Shown: positions 37,101 to 49,100 of the stretch, in pieces
Position numbering within the stretch: position 1 is the first letter of the stretch
Layout of the letters: each line of letters begins with the position of its first letter
Assembly (NCBI GenBank): GCA_949358305.1
Contig: OX442314.1
Location: 32,488,001 to 32,552,000, forward strand
Direction of reading: 5' to 3'
DNA: 64,000 nucleotides
From: Strigamia acuminata
Taxonomy: Eukaryota
Program-made: the position numbers and the translations under genes
The notes under the pieces: model-generated
Databases searched by the model: none
The model's input: only the letters and a program-made list of their open reading frames with translations
Told to the model about the DNA's origin: nothing

Positions 37101-40100
37101 TAAAGTTACGGGCCCCAGACTCACTACTTCAAACGATTCCCGTAACCACTTCAAGACGCATTGTTCCACATAGTCATCCTTGGAAAACAACACGATATCG
37201 TCCACGTAAAAGATGACTATTGCATCGTTGTCTAGGGCATAGACACAGTTTAAACCCAACAACGGTTGAAAGCCCAATTCAAGTAGTCGTATGTGGAGGA
37301 CCTGGTACCACATACGACCGGACTGGTGTAATCCATAAAGTGCTTTTAAAAGCATCCAGCATTTATGCTTATTATGGGCGGTACGATATCCCTTAGGGAT
37401 CTCCATGTACTGTACCGTATCGAGGTCCCCGTAAAGGTACGCGGCCTTGATATCCAGGTGTAAATCCCGCCATCCCTTGAGTATCACCAAAGTGCAAAAG
37501 AACACTATCACTAGCACAAAGTTGACGACGGGGGAGAACACCTCCGTAAAGTCAACTCCGGGCTTTTGCTTAAAGCCCTGTGCGACGAGTCGGGCTCGGT
37601 AGCGTTGGATAACACCCGTGTGGTCGCGCTTCATTTTGTATATCCATTTCGATCCCAAGAGAGTCGTACCCTCGTCTAAAGTTGTTTTGTCAACTTCCTT
37701 GTAAACCGTTCTTTCATCGAACACATCAATCTCCTCTCTCATGGCTTTTATCCAATCAGGACGCTTGATGTGGTACATGGCTTCTTCGTAGGTTTCTGGC
37801 TCGACGGCACAGAAACCTGCAAACCCTAACGGTTCACCGTCCCCCTCTAATGTCTTAAAGTCAAATAAGGTCGCATCATATGCGTACCCTTCTTCATCGC
37901 ACCACCGTGCGATATCAACTCGACTTCTTATCTTATCCTTTAAGGGCGTGATGTAAACAACATCTATTTGTCCCGCCGTCGCTCCGTCTTTACGGACGGA
38001 TGCGCGTCGTTCCCATTCCGCCATGTTTAACGGCAGTAGTTCCGGATGTAACATCACGTTCCCTTGCTTTTTCCTTGATCGTGATCCACGCCGTGTTTGA
38101 ATCCCAGGAGGAATTTCAGGTTCCCCATCATTGTCAGGATAGATGTTGAAGTAATTCCCATCATCCCCCTTCGCCCCACCAATTTCTTCAACAGGCTCAT
38201 CCCCTGTATCCCCGTCCCCAAGAATGGGGTTCCCCTCAACGGGCATGAGTGGGGGTTGCTGAGCTGCCTGTTTAGCGACTGGCCTCAATTCAGGTCTCAG
38301 AGTAGGCTTTGGGGTCGTGGGCAATGCGGGTTTCACTTTCTGCTGCGGAGCAGGTTGTGGAACCTCCTGTATCGCAGGAGGGGGTTCCGGGGTTTCCGCC
38401 GGAATTGGGTCACCGACAACACTGTCGTCGTCAGAAAATGACCCATTGAACGAGTCCGAACTCGAAGTATCAAAGTCATTCTCCAATTCAGGCGACGTAA
38501 CCGTCCCTAATTCAAACCAGAAATTGTTTTCAAAAATTTTGACGTGTTTAGACAAAAACACCTGATTTTTATTCGGATCCCAAATTCTATAGCCGCGTGT
38601 AGAAGCGGCGTATCCAATTAATGCCCCAGCCCATGCCCTGTCTTGTAATTTCCCACCCCGAGTCTGAGATGGGATATGGACATAAGTCAATGAGCCAATG
38701 CACTTGACATGGCGAAGGGACAATTTCTTATTGTAAAACACAGAATAAGGTGTTTTTCCCCCAATTCCCGTATGTGGAAAACGGTTTTTCAGATATACAA
38801 CTGAAACGGCAAGCTCTGCCCATAGAGTGGCGGGAAATTTATTCTCAAAAAGAAGTGCCCGAGTACCATTAAGAATGGTACGGTTCGCCCGTTCGGCGAC
38901 CGAATTCATTTCTGGGCTGTATGCATTAGTCCTCATACACTTAAGCCCAATTGTCGCCACATAATCGTCCCATTGTCTAGATATGAACTCCCCTCCATTA
39001 TCAGTTTTTATAGCCTTTACCTTCTTAGAGGTCGTTCGCTCAACTTCAAGTAGCCACCGCTTGAAATGTCCTAAAACGTCACTTTTCCGTTTCATGATAA
39101 TTATCCACATAAAGCGGGAAAAATCATCAATGAGAATGAGATAATAGTACGCCCCACCCAATGTTTGAACTGGCGCGGGGCCCCACACGTCTAAGTGCAC
39201 TATTTCCAAAATACTTTTTGTCGTAATTCCAATTATTGGGGGAAAACTAGCACGTGTACTTTTCGCCCTGGCGCAAAAGTCACACGTCGACAACTCCTTA
39301 TTCGAGAGTTTCAGCCCAAAAACATCAGTTGACTTTTCTAACCCCGCAATTCCCTTTGCATTTAAATGCCCTAGGCGGGAGTGCCAAATGTCCATCGTTT
39401 GAGCCTTATCTTTCTTGTCAAAAGTTTTAACCCCATCAGTAGAATTGTTCCCATTCTCTGCTTTGTCTGCATTGTTCTGCACAATTGAACTTGCCTCCTT
39501 AGAGGCATTGGCAATCTTTGCCTTAATTTTATTCGAAACATTCGCTTGCGCATTAGTCGTAACATTCGCAGGCGCGTTGTTCGCAACACTCGCTTGCCCC
39601 TTTATCGCTGGTGCAGGTTTCCCTGACTCACTCGAATTTTGGGTTAATGCGTCCTTAAAACTAGGGTATGTTAGTATCGAATTTACAACTTCATCGCCTT
39701 TTATAAGCGGACTAGAAGACACTGTCGCAGCCTGTTGCGCAGGTAATGCGGCAGTGTTCACAGGAGAAATACGACAATTGACCTTATACATCCGATCACT
39801 CGTGCGTTCCGCAGTGATGGAAGGGTCATCAATTTTGTCGTTATAAATAACCATTTTGCCATTTTTAATCATGGTCGTTGCCCCAGCTTCATCCGTGCGA
39901 CCCAACGAAATCAAATTCTTCCTAAAGTTGGGTGCATAAAATACATTATGCAATGTAATTGCACGGGTGCGGGTTCCATAAATCGATGTCAACGTCACAT
40001 TTCCTATTCCTTCGATTCTCGACTTTCCTTCTCCCTGTTGCACGTGGCCAGTTAATGGCTTGAAGTCGGAGAACCAGTCTTTGTTGAAGGAGAAATGGTC

Positions 40101-43100
40101 CGTCGCCCCTGTGTCGACGTACCATTGCGAATCATAATTCGCGTGAGACACGTGGGAAGCCGGCACAGGGGGTTGTTGTTGAAGCCAAATTGCCGCGGAG
40201 TAATAAGAGACTGGAGAGTCGCTGAATATGTCAGCCTGTGTGACAGCGGCCTTTTGCTGGCCCCTTCCACGTCCCTTGCCCCGTGGATTGCCTCTAAATT
40301 GTCCAGTTTGGTTCCCTTTCGGTTGGAATTGCTGTTTCGGCGGAGTAGGGCATTCACGGGCGAAGTGGCCCGTCCCACCGCAAGTAAAACAGATGCGTGT
40401 GCCGCCGGGTGCATTTCCACCACGTCCGCGTTGTCTTCCGCCTTGGTTAAAGAAGGCACCAGTGTTCTCCAATGGCGCCTTGGAAGGCACGCCAAACTCG
40501 TCGGTTGTTACATGTAGGCGGTTGTATTCGCCTACCAGGCGTTCCTTGACCGCTGCTGCCGTGAACTCTGTGTCACCCCAGTGATAAACCGTCTGCTTGA
40601 CCGGTTCGTATTGGGGTGGCAGTAGGTCAAGATATTGAAAGGCGTGAAACTCATCAGAAATTTGAATCTTGACATCTGCAAGCTGTACTACTTTCCGATC
40701 AACACGTGCGGTGAAAACAAACATCTCTTCGTTTTCATGCAACCGCATGTCTAAAAATTCCCTGCGAAGACGGGCTTTACGTGCCCGGGTCGTGGGCTGG
40801 TAGGCAGCTTTCAGTGCCTCCCACACTTCTTTAGCAGTGGCCTGGGCAACCGCCACGACCTGTTGGGCCTCGCCGCAAGCCAAACAAATGGTGGAGCGGG
40901 CCCTTTCTTCGCCTTTCTCAAAATCCCTTGTCTCTCGAAACGGTGATCCGGCCGGCGGCTCTTTTGTCTTGCCGGTCACGTGGCCCCAAACACCGTACGA
41001 TTGGAGGAGGAGCTGTACCTGTACGCTCCAGGTCGGATAGTTGGTTCCGTCCAACTTTTTCACGTCCTTGTAATCATCATGGCGGTCGTAGGACGCCATT
41101 TCGGGAAATTTGCGACGAAATTTAGTGAAGAACCGAAGCACAAGTCACACAAACCACGTAAATTCGTCGCACGGATGCAGAATTCCCCCAAAAGTGAAGG
41201 CGAATAATGCACACAACCCGGGGAATCTCAATAAGTGAGATTGAAAAACCTTGACTAGCAATCCCCCAACTCTTCCGTTCGCGCCTCCTGGGGCCCGCGG
41301 GATGGTTGGGTGGCCGTGGATAAGCCTAGCCAAGAATACAGTGCTACGTGCCCGACTGGACGTAGGGTAGCACCGATTCTAACAGGGGACCACAACAAAA
41401 CCTTAAAACTAACAGAGTTTCACGACAGTAAATTATATTACACTTTTTGATGTGAAGCTGGTAAAGTTGCGGCGAATTGCGGGTGCAAAGCGTCGCAATA
41501 ACGTCCTTCGAGGACGAAACGTTGCTCCCACGTCGTCGTACGCACGGAAAATGGGCTGTCGTGCCGTCCGCGTGCACACTTCCGTGCGATCGCGGGAAAA
41601 TCAACGTCGCGCTCGTCCGCGCCTTCGTGAGACGGACTCCGGGGTTCGAAACACGGAAAATAACGCCTGCACACACGCTTAACGTGTGCAGGACTTCTCG
41701 GTGACCGCAGACTTCTCTGCGTGTTGCAAAAATCGTCGGTCGCGACGATTTATCCAAAAAGAAAATGGCCGCCGTCGCGAAAATCTTCGATGACGACGTC
41801 CAAACGTGCTTATTTCGCACGGAAATCGACAATAAATGTTCCTACCGTCGAAAAAGATCCTGTTGTGGGTGTAATTGACCACACAACACTGCTGAAAAAT
41901 CCCACGAAGCGCTGGCACTTGCAGCCACTCGTAGAATACACAAAACACAAATTTCGACCGTCGTTTATTTCCACGACGTCGAAACGACGAAAAATACCGA
42001 TTTTCGTGACGAAAACGTATCCAAATGTTCCGCTGATGGCGAGGAATCCTCCGCACACGTTGTGGCGACGATTCCACGTAGAAATCCGCACCGAAAACTC
42101 GTTTTTACGACGAGCTGGGCGGGCGCACACTCGGCGACTTCTCGTAGTCGCAAAATGGCCGTTTCTTCTCCAAAAACGTCGTTGCCAGATCGTTTTTACC
42201 TTCTGCTACCACTTTGAAGAGTTGCAATGGCCTGTGCGCTGTCGAAATAACTCGGAAACATCATTTTGGCTGGGCGGATAAATCGGACACGCGTCCGCCA
42301 TCTTTTATTACAAAAGTATGTGTCTTACATAAAAACCCGGTTCGAGGCTAATCGCCCTCGATCTCAAACACAATGAAATCATAGAACAAATCATTGTTTC
42401 AATACACTGACTTGTTCTTTACAGAAAGACAAAACTAATGGATAAAACAAACAGAACAACATAAACAATAAGTGCTCATTTGAGCAGATGACAGGTTGTG
42501 TGTGTTGTCACGTAATAGGAGTCGGTTGCGGTACAAAACCAGCATTGGGATTAAAAATCAGAATCAACCGACTGCGATACGGGACATCAACATGGCAACA
42601 CACTGATTGCATTTATCCACAATATGCAATCCGATAATCTACGCGGATGCGAGGACAAACAGGAAAACGTCAACCTAACAAAATCCTCGTCTTGCGGCGG
42701 AGGATTGATGGCCGCTGGGGCCGGAATTTCATCTTCTCGATAAAAAGGGAGAGCGCAACGCGCTTGCTCCTCTGCCTCGTGAGCCAGTTGTCGATTTTCG
42801 TCGACGCGAAGCTGCACTGCGGCAGCTCGGAGTGCTTTCGACGGGAAGAATCCCGGAAAATCGTTGAAACACCCGGCGAGCGCCAACTGGTGGAGCTCGG
42901 TTTGTGTGACGGGAAATTGCGGGTTCCCGTCACGAACGGACTTGCGGTACCGTTGCACGACTTCGCGTTGAGTCGTTTTTGACGATGATAAGTGAAGTTG
43001 TCAACGCCGGGAAATAAACTGGAGACGAAACGAAAGTCATTTTGTGCCTGAAAACCGCACAAACGCGTCGGCCATCTTTATTCAGGCAAGAACAGGTGAG

Positions 43101-46100
43101 CAAGTGAATATGTACAGGTGTCGAGGCTATTTGCCCTCGATCTAAAAGTAGAACAAATCATCCTGATGGAAAGGTTGATTTGTTCTTTACATAACCAAAG
43201 TAAAGATAACTCAAAGCCAGCATTAACACTGGATAATGCACTGGGGGAAATAATAGATAAACTAAATCATAGCAGACGACAACTCGAAATCCATTGATAA
43301 ACATGAGCCAACTGTAGTATTTAACACGCATTGCGACAGTCAGATGCAGTTGGCTCTCGATTCCAGTACAGTAAACAATGCGACCCGAATTTCGCCTTTA
43401 ACGCACTTAGCCAGAAAAGGTGCGCCGTTAATACGTGAAATGAAAAACTGCTTTGACCCAACAGAACCCCCTCTAAACAGTTATCCATTTCAGTCAAAAA
43501 TGTGATCGCATAATGCGTCAAGACGTGGGCGGGAAACCCACTTGGTCATAATGTCTGCGCTGTTCAGCGCGGACTTTATTCCGATCGAAGATGTAAATCC
43601 CCTTAACCATTTCCTTGCCCCAATCCTCATTGCTGAGACCAGTCATGGTATCTCCTAAGGTACCTTGTCTTAAGTAACAAAAACTCGCAAATGGTGGAGG
43701 AACTTGTGCCCGCGGTTTCGCTTTAAAATCGAATAACCCTGCATCATATTCGTAGTCCTCCTCCTCACACCACCTCACTACATCGATACGACTTCTAAAT
43801 CGAGTGCCCGTTGGTGCAATGTAGTGAATGAAAACATGTCCGGCTTGTGCTCCGGATTTCCTAATGTATTCTACTCGTTTCCATTTCGTGATATCAATTT
43901 GTTGTAATTCAACTCCCCCAACTGCCCCAGTATGCCTGCCCCTTACATTAGGAGACTGTGCCACTGCCTCTTCATATCTGGCATCATCGTCACTGCCTTC
44001 ACTTGGAGTAGCATCTCCTGCAGTGTGAGCGACATCCTCTGGTAAATTAGGGTCTAATTGGGGTAATGGAGCAGGCTGAGACGTAGATGCCTCATCCTCT
44101 GGCTCCGTCGTCGTTGCAGGAATAGTCTGCTGCGTAGGAGGTTCAACAGTTTGTTGTGTTGTCGACACAGGGGGACTTTGGGGAATTTCCTCCTCTTCTG
44201 CTTCGGATTCGCTAATTAGATGAATATAATCATCAGATCCAAACCCCCTCTTAGCCTCAACACTTCCCAATCCTTTTGAAACTGTTTGTGTTCCCTCGTA
44301 CCAATATTGATTCTCATCAATTTTTACATGTTTTGATGCAAAGACTTTGTTCTTGTGTGGGTCCCAAATCCTGTATCCAGCTGTGGTTATTGCATAACCA
44401 ATTAGGGCCCCCGACCAAGCTCTACTGTCTAGTTTGCTTTTCCGAGTTTGCGCTGGGATGTGCACATACACTTTCGACCCAATACAGCGCAAATGTCGCA
44501 CCGACATACGACGTCCGAAAAATACATTATAGGGAGTCCGTCCCTGTAAACTCGAGTGAGGGTATCTATTCTTCAAATACACAATGGTATTTGCCAACTC
44601 AGCCCATAAGAAGTGTGGAAACCCATTTTCCAATTCCATAGCTCGCACCCCCTCTATGATGGTGCGATTCGATCGCTCCGCGACCGAATTCATCTCGGGG
44701 CTGTAGGCGTTGGTCCGTTCACACTTGATTCCGCAAGATTTAGTATAATTATCCCATTCTTTGGACACAAACTCACCCCCCCTATCTGTGCGGATCGTTT
44801 TAACCTTTCTAGAAGTCGCACGCTCGACTTCTGCTTGCCATGCTTTAAAATGGGCAAAAGTTTCACTTTTATGCTTTAAAAAACTGATCCACATATATCT
44901 AGAGTGGTCGTCCACAATAATGAGATAATACTCAGCCCCCCCTAAAGATTTGCATGATGCGGCCCCCCAAAGATCCATATGAATTAAATCTAAGATTCCC
45001 TTGGATTTGATCTCGGCTATTGGAGAAAAGGTTGCTCTAACCCGCTTCGCCCTATTGCACGCATCACAAGGAGAAGCCAACTCATTGCTTAATTTAACGC
45101 CAAAAATTTCTGTGGATTTTTGCATCATCACAATGCCCTTTGAGTTTAGGTGGCCCATTCTGCCATGCCAAAAATCCATCGGTATTGCTTTATCATTGTC
45201 TAATCTCTTCCCATTAGTATTATTATTAGCCGTTAAAGCCGTTTTAATCGGTCCCATCACTGTAGGTTTAGTCTGTTTCACTCCCGTCTGATTAACCCCC
45301 TGTACCACATTACTAAACGTGCGCGCATTGTTCGCATTGCTCGCATTATTCGCTGCGCCATTTGTTGCAACAATCGTTTTCCCATTCGATTGCACATTAG
45401 AAGTGGTTAGTTCACACTTAACTCTAGGCATGGTTAATACAGTTTGTTTTACACAATTAGTTATGCCAACTGCCTCCTTCTGCGCAGGGATGGCAGTTGC
45501 ATTCACAGAGGTGACAGACACATGTCCGTTAACCTTATACAAGCGATTGCTGAGTCGTACAGCTGTTAACGATGGGTCTTCAATCTTTGCCCGAAATAGA
45601 GTCATTTTGCCGTCTGCAACGTAAGTGCGTAAGCCAGCCTCATCAGTGCGCCCGAGAGAGATAAGATTCTTCCGAAAATTCGGAGCATAATAGACGTTGT
45701 TCAAAGTAACAACTCTACTCCTGTTGCCATATGTGGAAATTAACTCCACAGATCCAATCCCTTCTATTTTAGAGGTCCCTTCCCCTAGCTGCACTGTGTA
45801 ATTGAGAGGCTTAAAATTTGCAAACCACTCTTTGCAAAAGGCAAAATGGTCAGTAGCACCGGTATCCACGTACCAAGCGGTGTCTACTGGTCCATTCGAC
45901 AAAAATGACGATACAGGAGGCGGCGGCTCCTCCACTTCCATGTAGAGTGAGTCCGGGTCGTCAATCCAATTGTCGACTAAGTTGGCTTTACGCCCACCAC
46001 GTCCTCCTTTTCCACGATTTTTCCCACGTGGCTGTCCTCTAAATTGAGACGTTGGTCCAACGTTGGACGACTGAGGATTCTGTCCAGTTTTGCGTTGCGA

Positions 46101-49100
46101 GGGACATTCTCTCGAGAAGTGACCCGAACCGCCGCAATTATAACACACACCTTGTTGTGCTGTTGTAGAACCCGGTTTGTTAAATTTCCAGGGTTGTTTT
46201 GCCGTAAAAGCACTGGTATCCGGTTGTCCGCTGGCCCCAAACGTTGAATCATACGCGTGCATGCGGTTATACTCGGCGAGTAAACGTTCACGCACTTTGA
46301 CCACGGTAAAATCCGTATCATCCCAATGATACAGTCCCTGTTTTAAGTTCTCATATTGGGGATCCAAAAAATCGAGATATTGAAATGCTATCTCCTCATC
46401 AGTGAGTGTAATCTGCACTTCTTTCAACTCGAGCGCCTTTCGATCGACGCGAGATGTAAATACGACCATCTCTTCGTTAGCATTCAGTTTGAGCTGGAGA
46501 AACTCCCGACGCAGTCTGGCTTTCCTAGCCCGGGTCGTGGGTCGATAAGCCTCTTTTAGCGCTTCCCACACCTCGCTCGCGGTGTCTTTGGCGACAGCGA
46601 CTGACTGCTGGGCTTCATTGCAGCTCAGGCAAAGCGTAGAATGTGCTTTTGCCTCTCTCGTCTCGTATTCACGTTTTTCACGCGCCGTTGCGCTTGAAGG
46701 CAGGCACGGCTCAGTGCCCATCACGTGAGCCCAAACTCCTTGCTGCTTTAGAATGAGGGCAATTTGTACACTCCACGTTTCATAGTTCAATCCATTCAGT
46801 TTCTTAATCGATTGTCCAAACGATTTATAAACATCGCCATCCGAATCGTCTGCCATTTCGGATTTTTGGAGAAAATGCAGCACAAAACACAAAATTCACA
46901 CAATTCGTAGCACTTTGCACACAAACAAATACACTTTCCCACCAAAATGAAGGCGAATGCAATACACTACTTCCCGGGGTACAGCTCAATAAGTGAGCAC
47001 AACTAACTTGACCAGTCGCTACAAGGGCTTCCGTCCGACACACCTGGGGTCGCGGGATCGCCCCCTTGCTTCGAGCAAGCCTGGCCAAGAATAGGATGAC
47101 ACTAGGCGAATGCCTAAAGGGTGCCAAACAAACAAAAGGTCCCAAAAGCAAAAACTTAAATTTATACAAAGTAATTCCGACCCCGAAAATGCAATAAATA
47201 ATACGTTGTGAAGGTGGCACGTTGTTTTCCGTTGTTGGCGGGACAAATTCGTCGCCAAAATTCCAACGGCGATCCACCGACGACGTACGGTGCTCCAACG
47301 TTACAAACGGGCGTGCGCGTATGCACTAACCCGCCCAGAATACGAATTTAGCGTGTATTCTGGTTCCACCAACTTCCTGGTCTTCACTATTGCACTCGTA
47401 CGTGCAAATAGTGGCTCTTGATCCCGACAATAAACGTCGTTTGCGCGTGCTCGTCTCGTACGATGCAGCGCACACGTAACTCGCTTCGAAAATGTCCGTC
47501 CCGTTCGTTTCGCCAAAATTCCGCTTCAAAATAAATGCCTGCTTGTTCCAGACGATTCCCACGACGATAATTAGTCGCCACGTTGTGTTTTCCTTCGCTG
47601 GAAAACTCCACGACGTGAAGAAACGGCCCAAACTCTGCTTAAACTCGCATCGCACTGGGGGCCGCCATCTTGGAAATGGTCGGCAGCGAAGCTCGACGAA
47701 TGGCCATTTTCGCTTGAAATGAGCCAAAAATACACGATTAATATTCGAAATAAATTCCTTACTGTTCGTAAATGTCCTTTCCAACGCCCAAACACTCGTT
47801 GGAACACAGAATCGGCGATGTGAACGTAAATACGACGTTCGCTCGTCGCGTCAAAGCGCGGATACGGTTCCGCCCAAATTGACGTGTCCGGCGTCGATTT
47901 CGTTATGAAATCCGCTGGAAAACTTCACGATTCGGCCATCAACCATCCTCTGCTACCACTGACGATGATAAGTGAAGTTGTCAACGCCGGGAAATAAACT
48001 GGAGACGAAACGAAAGTCATTTTGTGCCTGAAAACCGCACAAACGCGTCGGCCATCTTTATTCAGGCAAGAACAGGTGAGCAAGTGAATATGTACAGGTG
48101 TCGAGGCTATTTGCCCTCGATCTAAAAGTAGAACAAATCATCCTGATGGAAAGGTTGATTTGTTCTTTACATAACCAAAGTAAAGATAACTCAAAGCCAG
48201 CATTAACACTGGATAATGCACTGGGGGAAATAATAGATAAACTAAATCATAGCAGACGACAACTCGAAATCCATTGATAAACATGAGCCAACTGTAGTAT
48301 TTAACACGCATTGCGACAGTCAGATGCAGTTGGCTCTCGATTCCAGTACAGTAAACAATGCGACCCGAATTTCGCCTTTAACGCACTTAGCCAGAAAAGG
48401 TGCGCCGTTAATACGTGAAATGAAAAACTGCTTTGACCCAACAGTTTTGAGGTTCTTCCTCAATTGGGTGAGAGCACCGTAATTAATTCCGGTACTCTTT
48501 AGCGCTCTTCTGCGCTCGTGACGCTCTCGGGGCGTCACTGGCCACTGGTTGTGCAACAACTCTGCTGCAAGTGGTCCTGGGGGGCTCTCGTCGAGCGTCC
48601 ACTCGATTTCGTCAACTCCGTTGACGTGAAGGCGCTCGATGAACCGGCCTCTTGCTCCGAATCCTTGCAGCGCTGATCTGCTGAAGTCGTGGCGCAACTT
48701 CCACCACGTGTTGTTTGCCGTCTTCAGTCTTCTGATTTTTTCGGGCAACGCCGCTCGAAAAATCAGCGGGTGCTGAGTCGGCACATGATCGGGAAGCGCG
48801 AATGGCGTTTCTCGATCTCTCTCGATCTATATTCGAAGAAAAATAAATAAATTAGTTTATTTAAAATAAACAAATAATTTCTTATTTGAAATATTTTTTA
48901 AGCTTAGCGCTTGTGGCTGTGAGTCACTAAGGGATGTTGGTTGTCATGGCAACTCCCTTCGCACATGCTTGAAGCACGTGACTTTTATAGCCGCCATTTT
49001 TATTTTTTAGCGGCTTGTGTTTGAAGTCAGGAAAAGTGAATTTTCTCAATTTTTCTGACTGAAACACCAAGTGAAAATTATTTTAATAATTTACCCTCTC

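Larger units (their letters stand above)
35769..42680 (-). mobile_element. Autonomous Ty1/copia element with MBD (Copia A, 6912 bp)
   Basis: 466-bp TG..CA LTRs (35769-36234, 42215-42680), 5-bp TSD AAATC, PBS TGGTAGCAGA (42202-42211, tRNA-iMet type), PPT AGGGGGATT, single intact ORF. Confidence 0.95.
42980..48443 (-). mobile_element. Non-autonomous copia element with MBD, lacking RT/RNase H (Copia B, 5464 bp)
   Basis: 484-bp TG..CA LTRs (42980-43463, 47960-48443), 5-bp TSD GTTTT, 18-nt PBS TGGTAGCAGAGGATGGTT (47941-47958), PPT AGAGGGGG. Confidence 0.95.

Noticed and set aside
47941..47958. tRNA-like sequence here and at 56889-56906
   Set aside because: Only 18-nt 3'-end matches next to LTRs; these are primer-binding sites, not tRNA genes.
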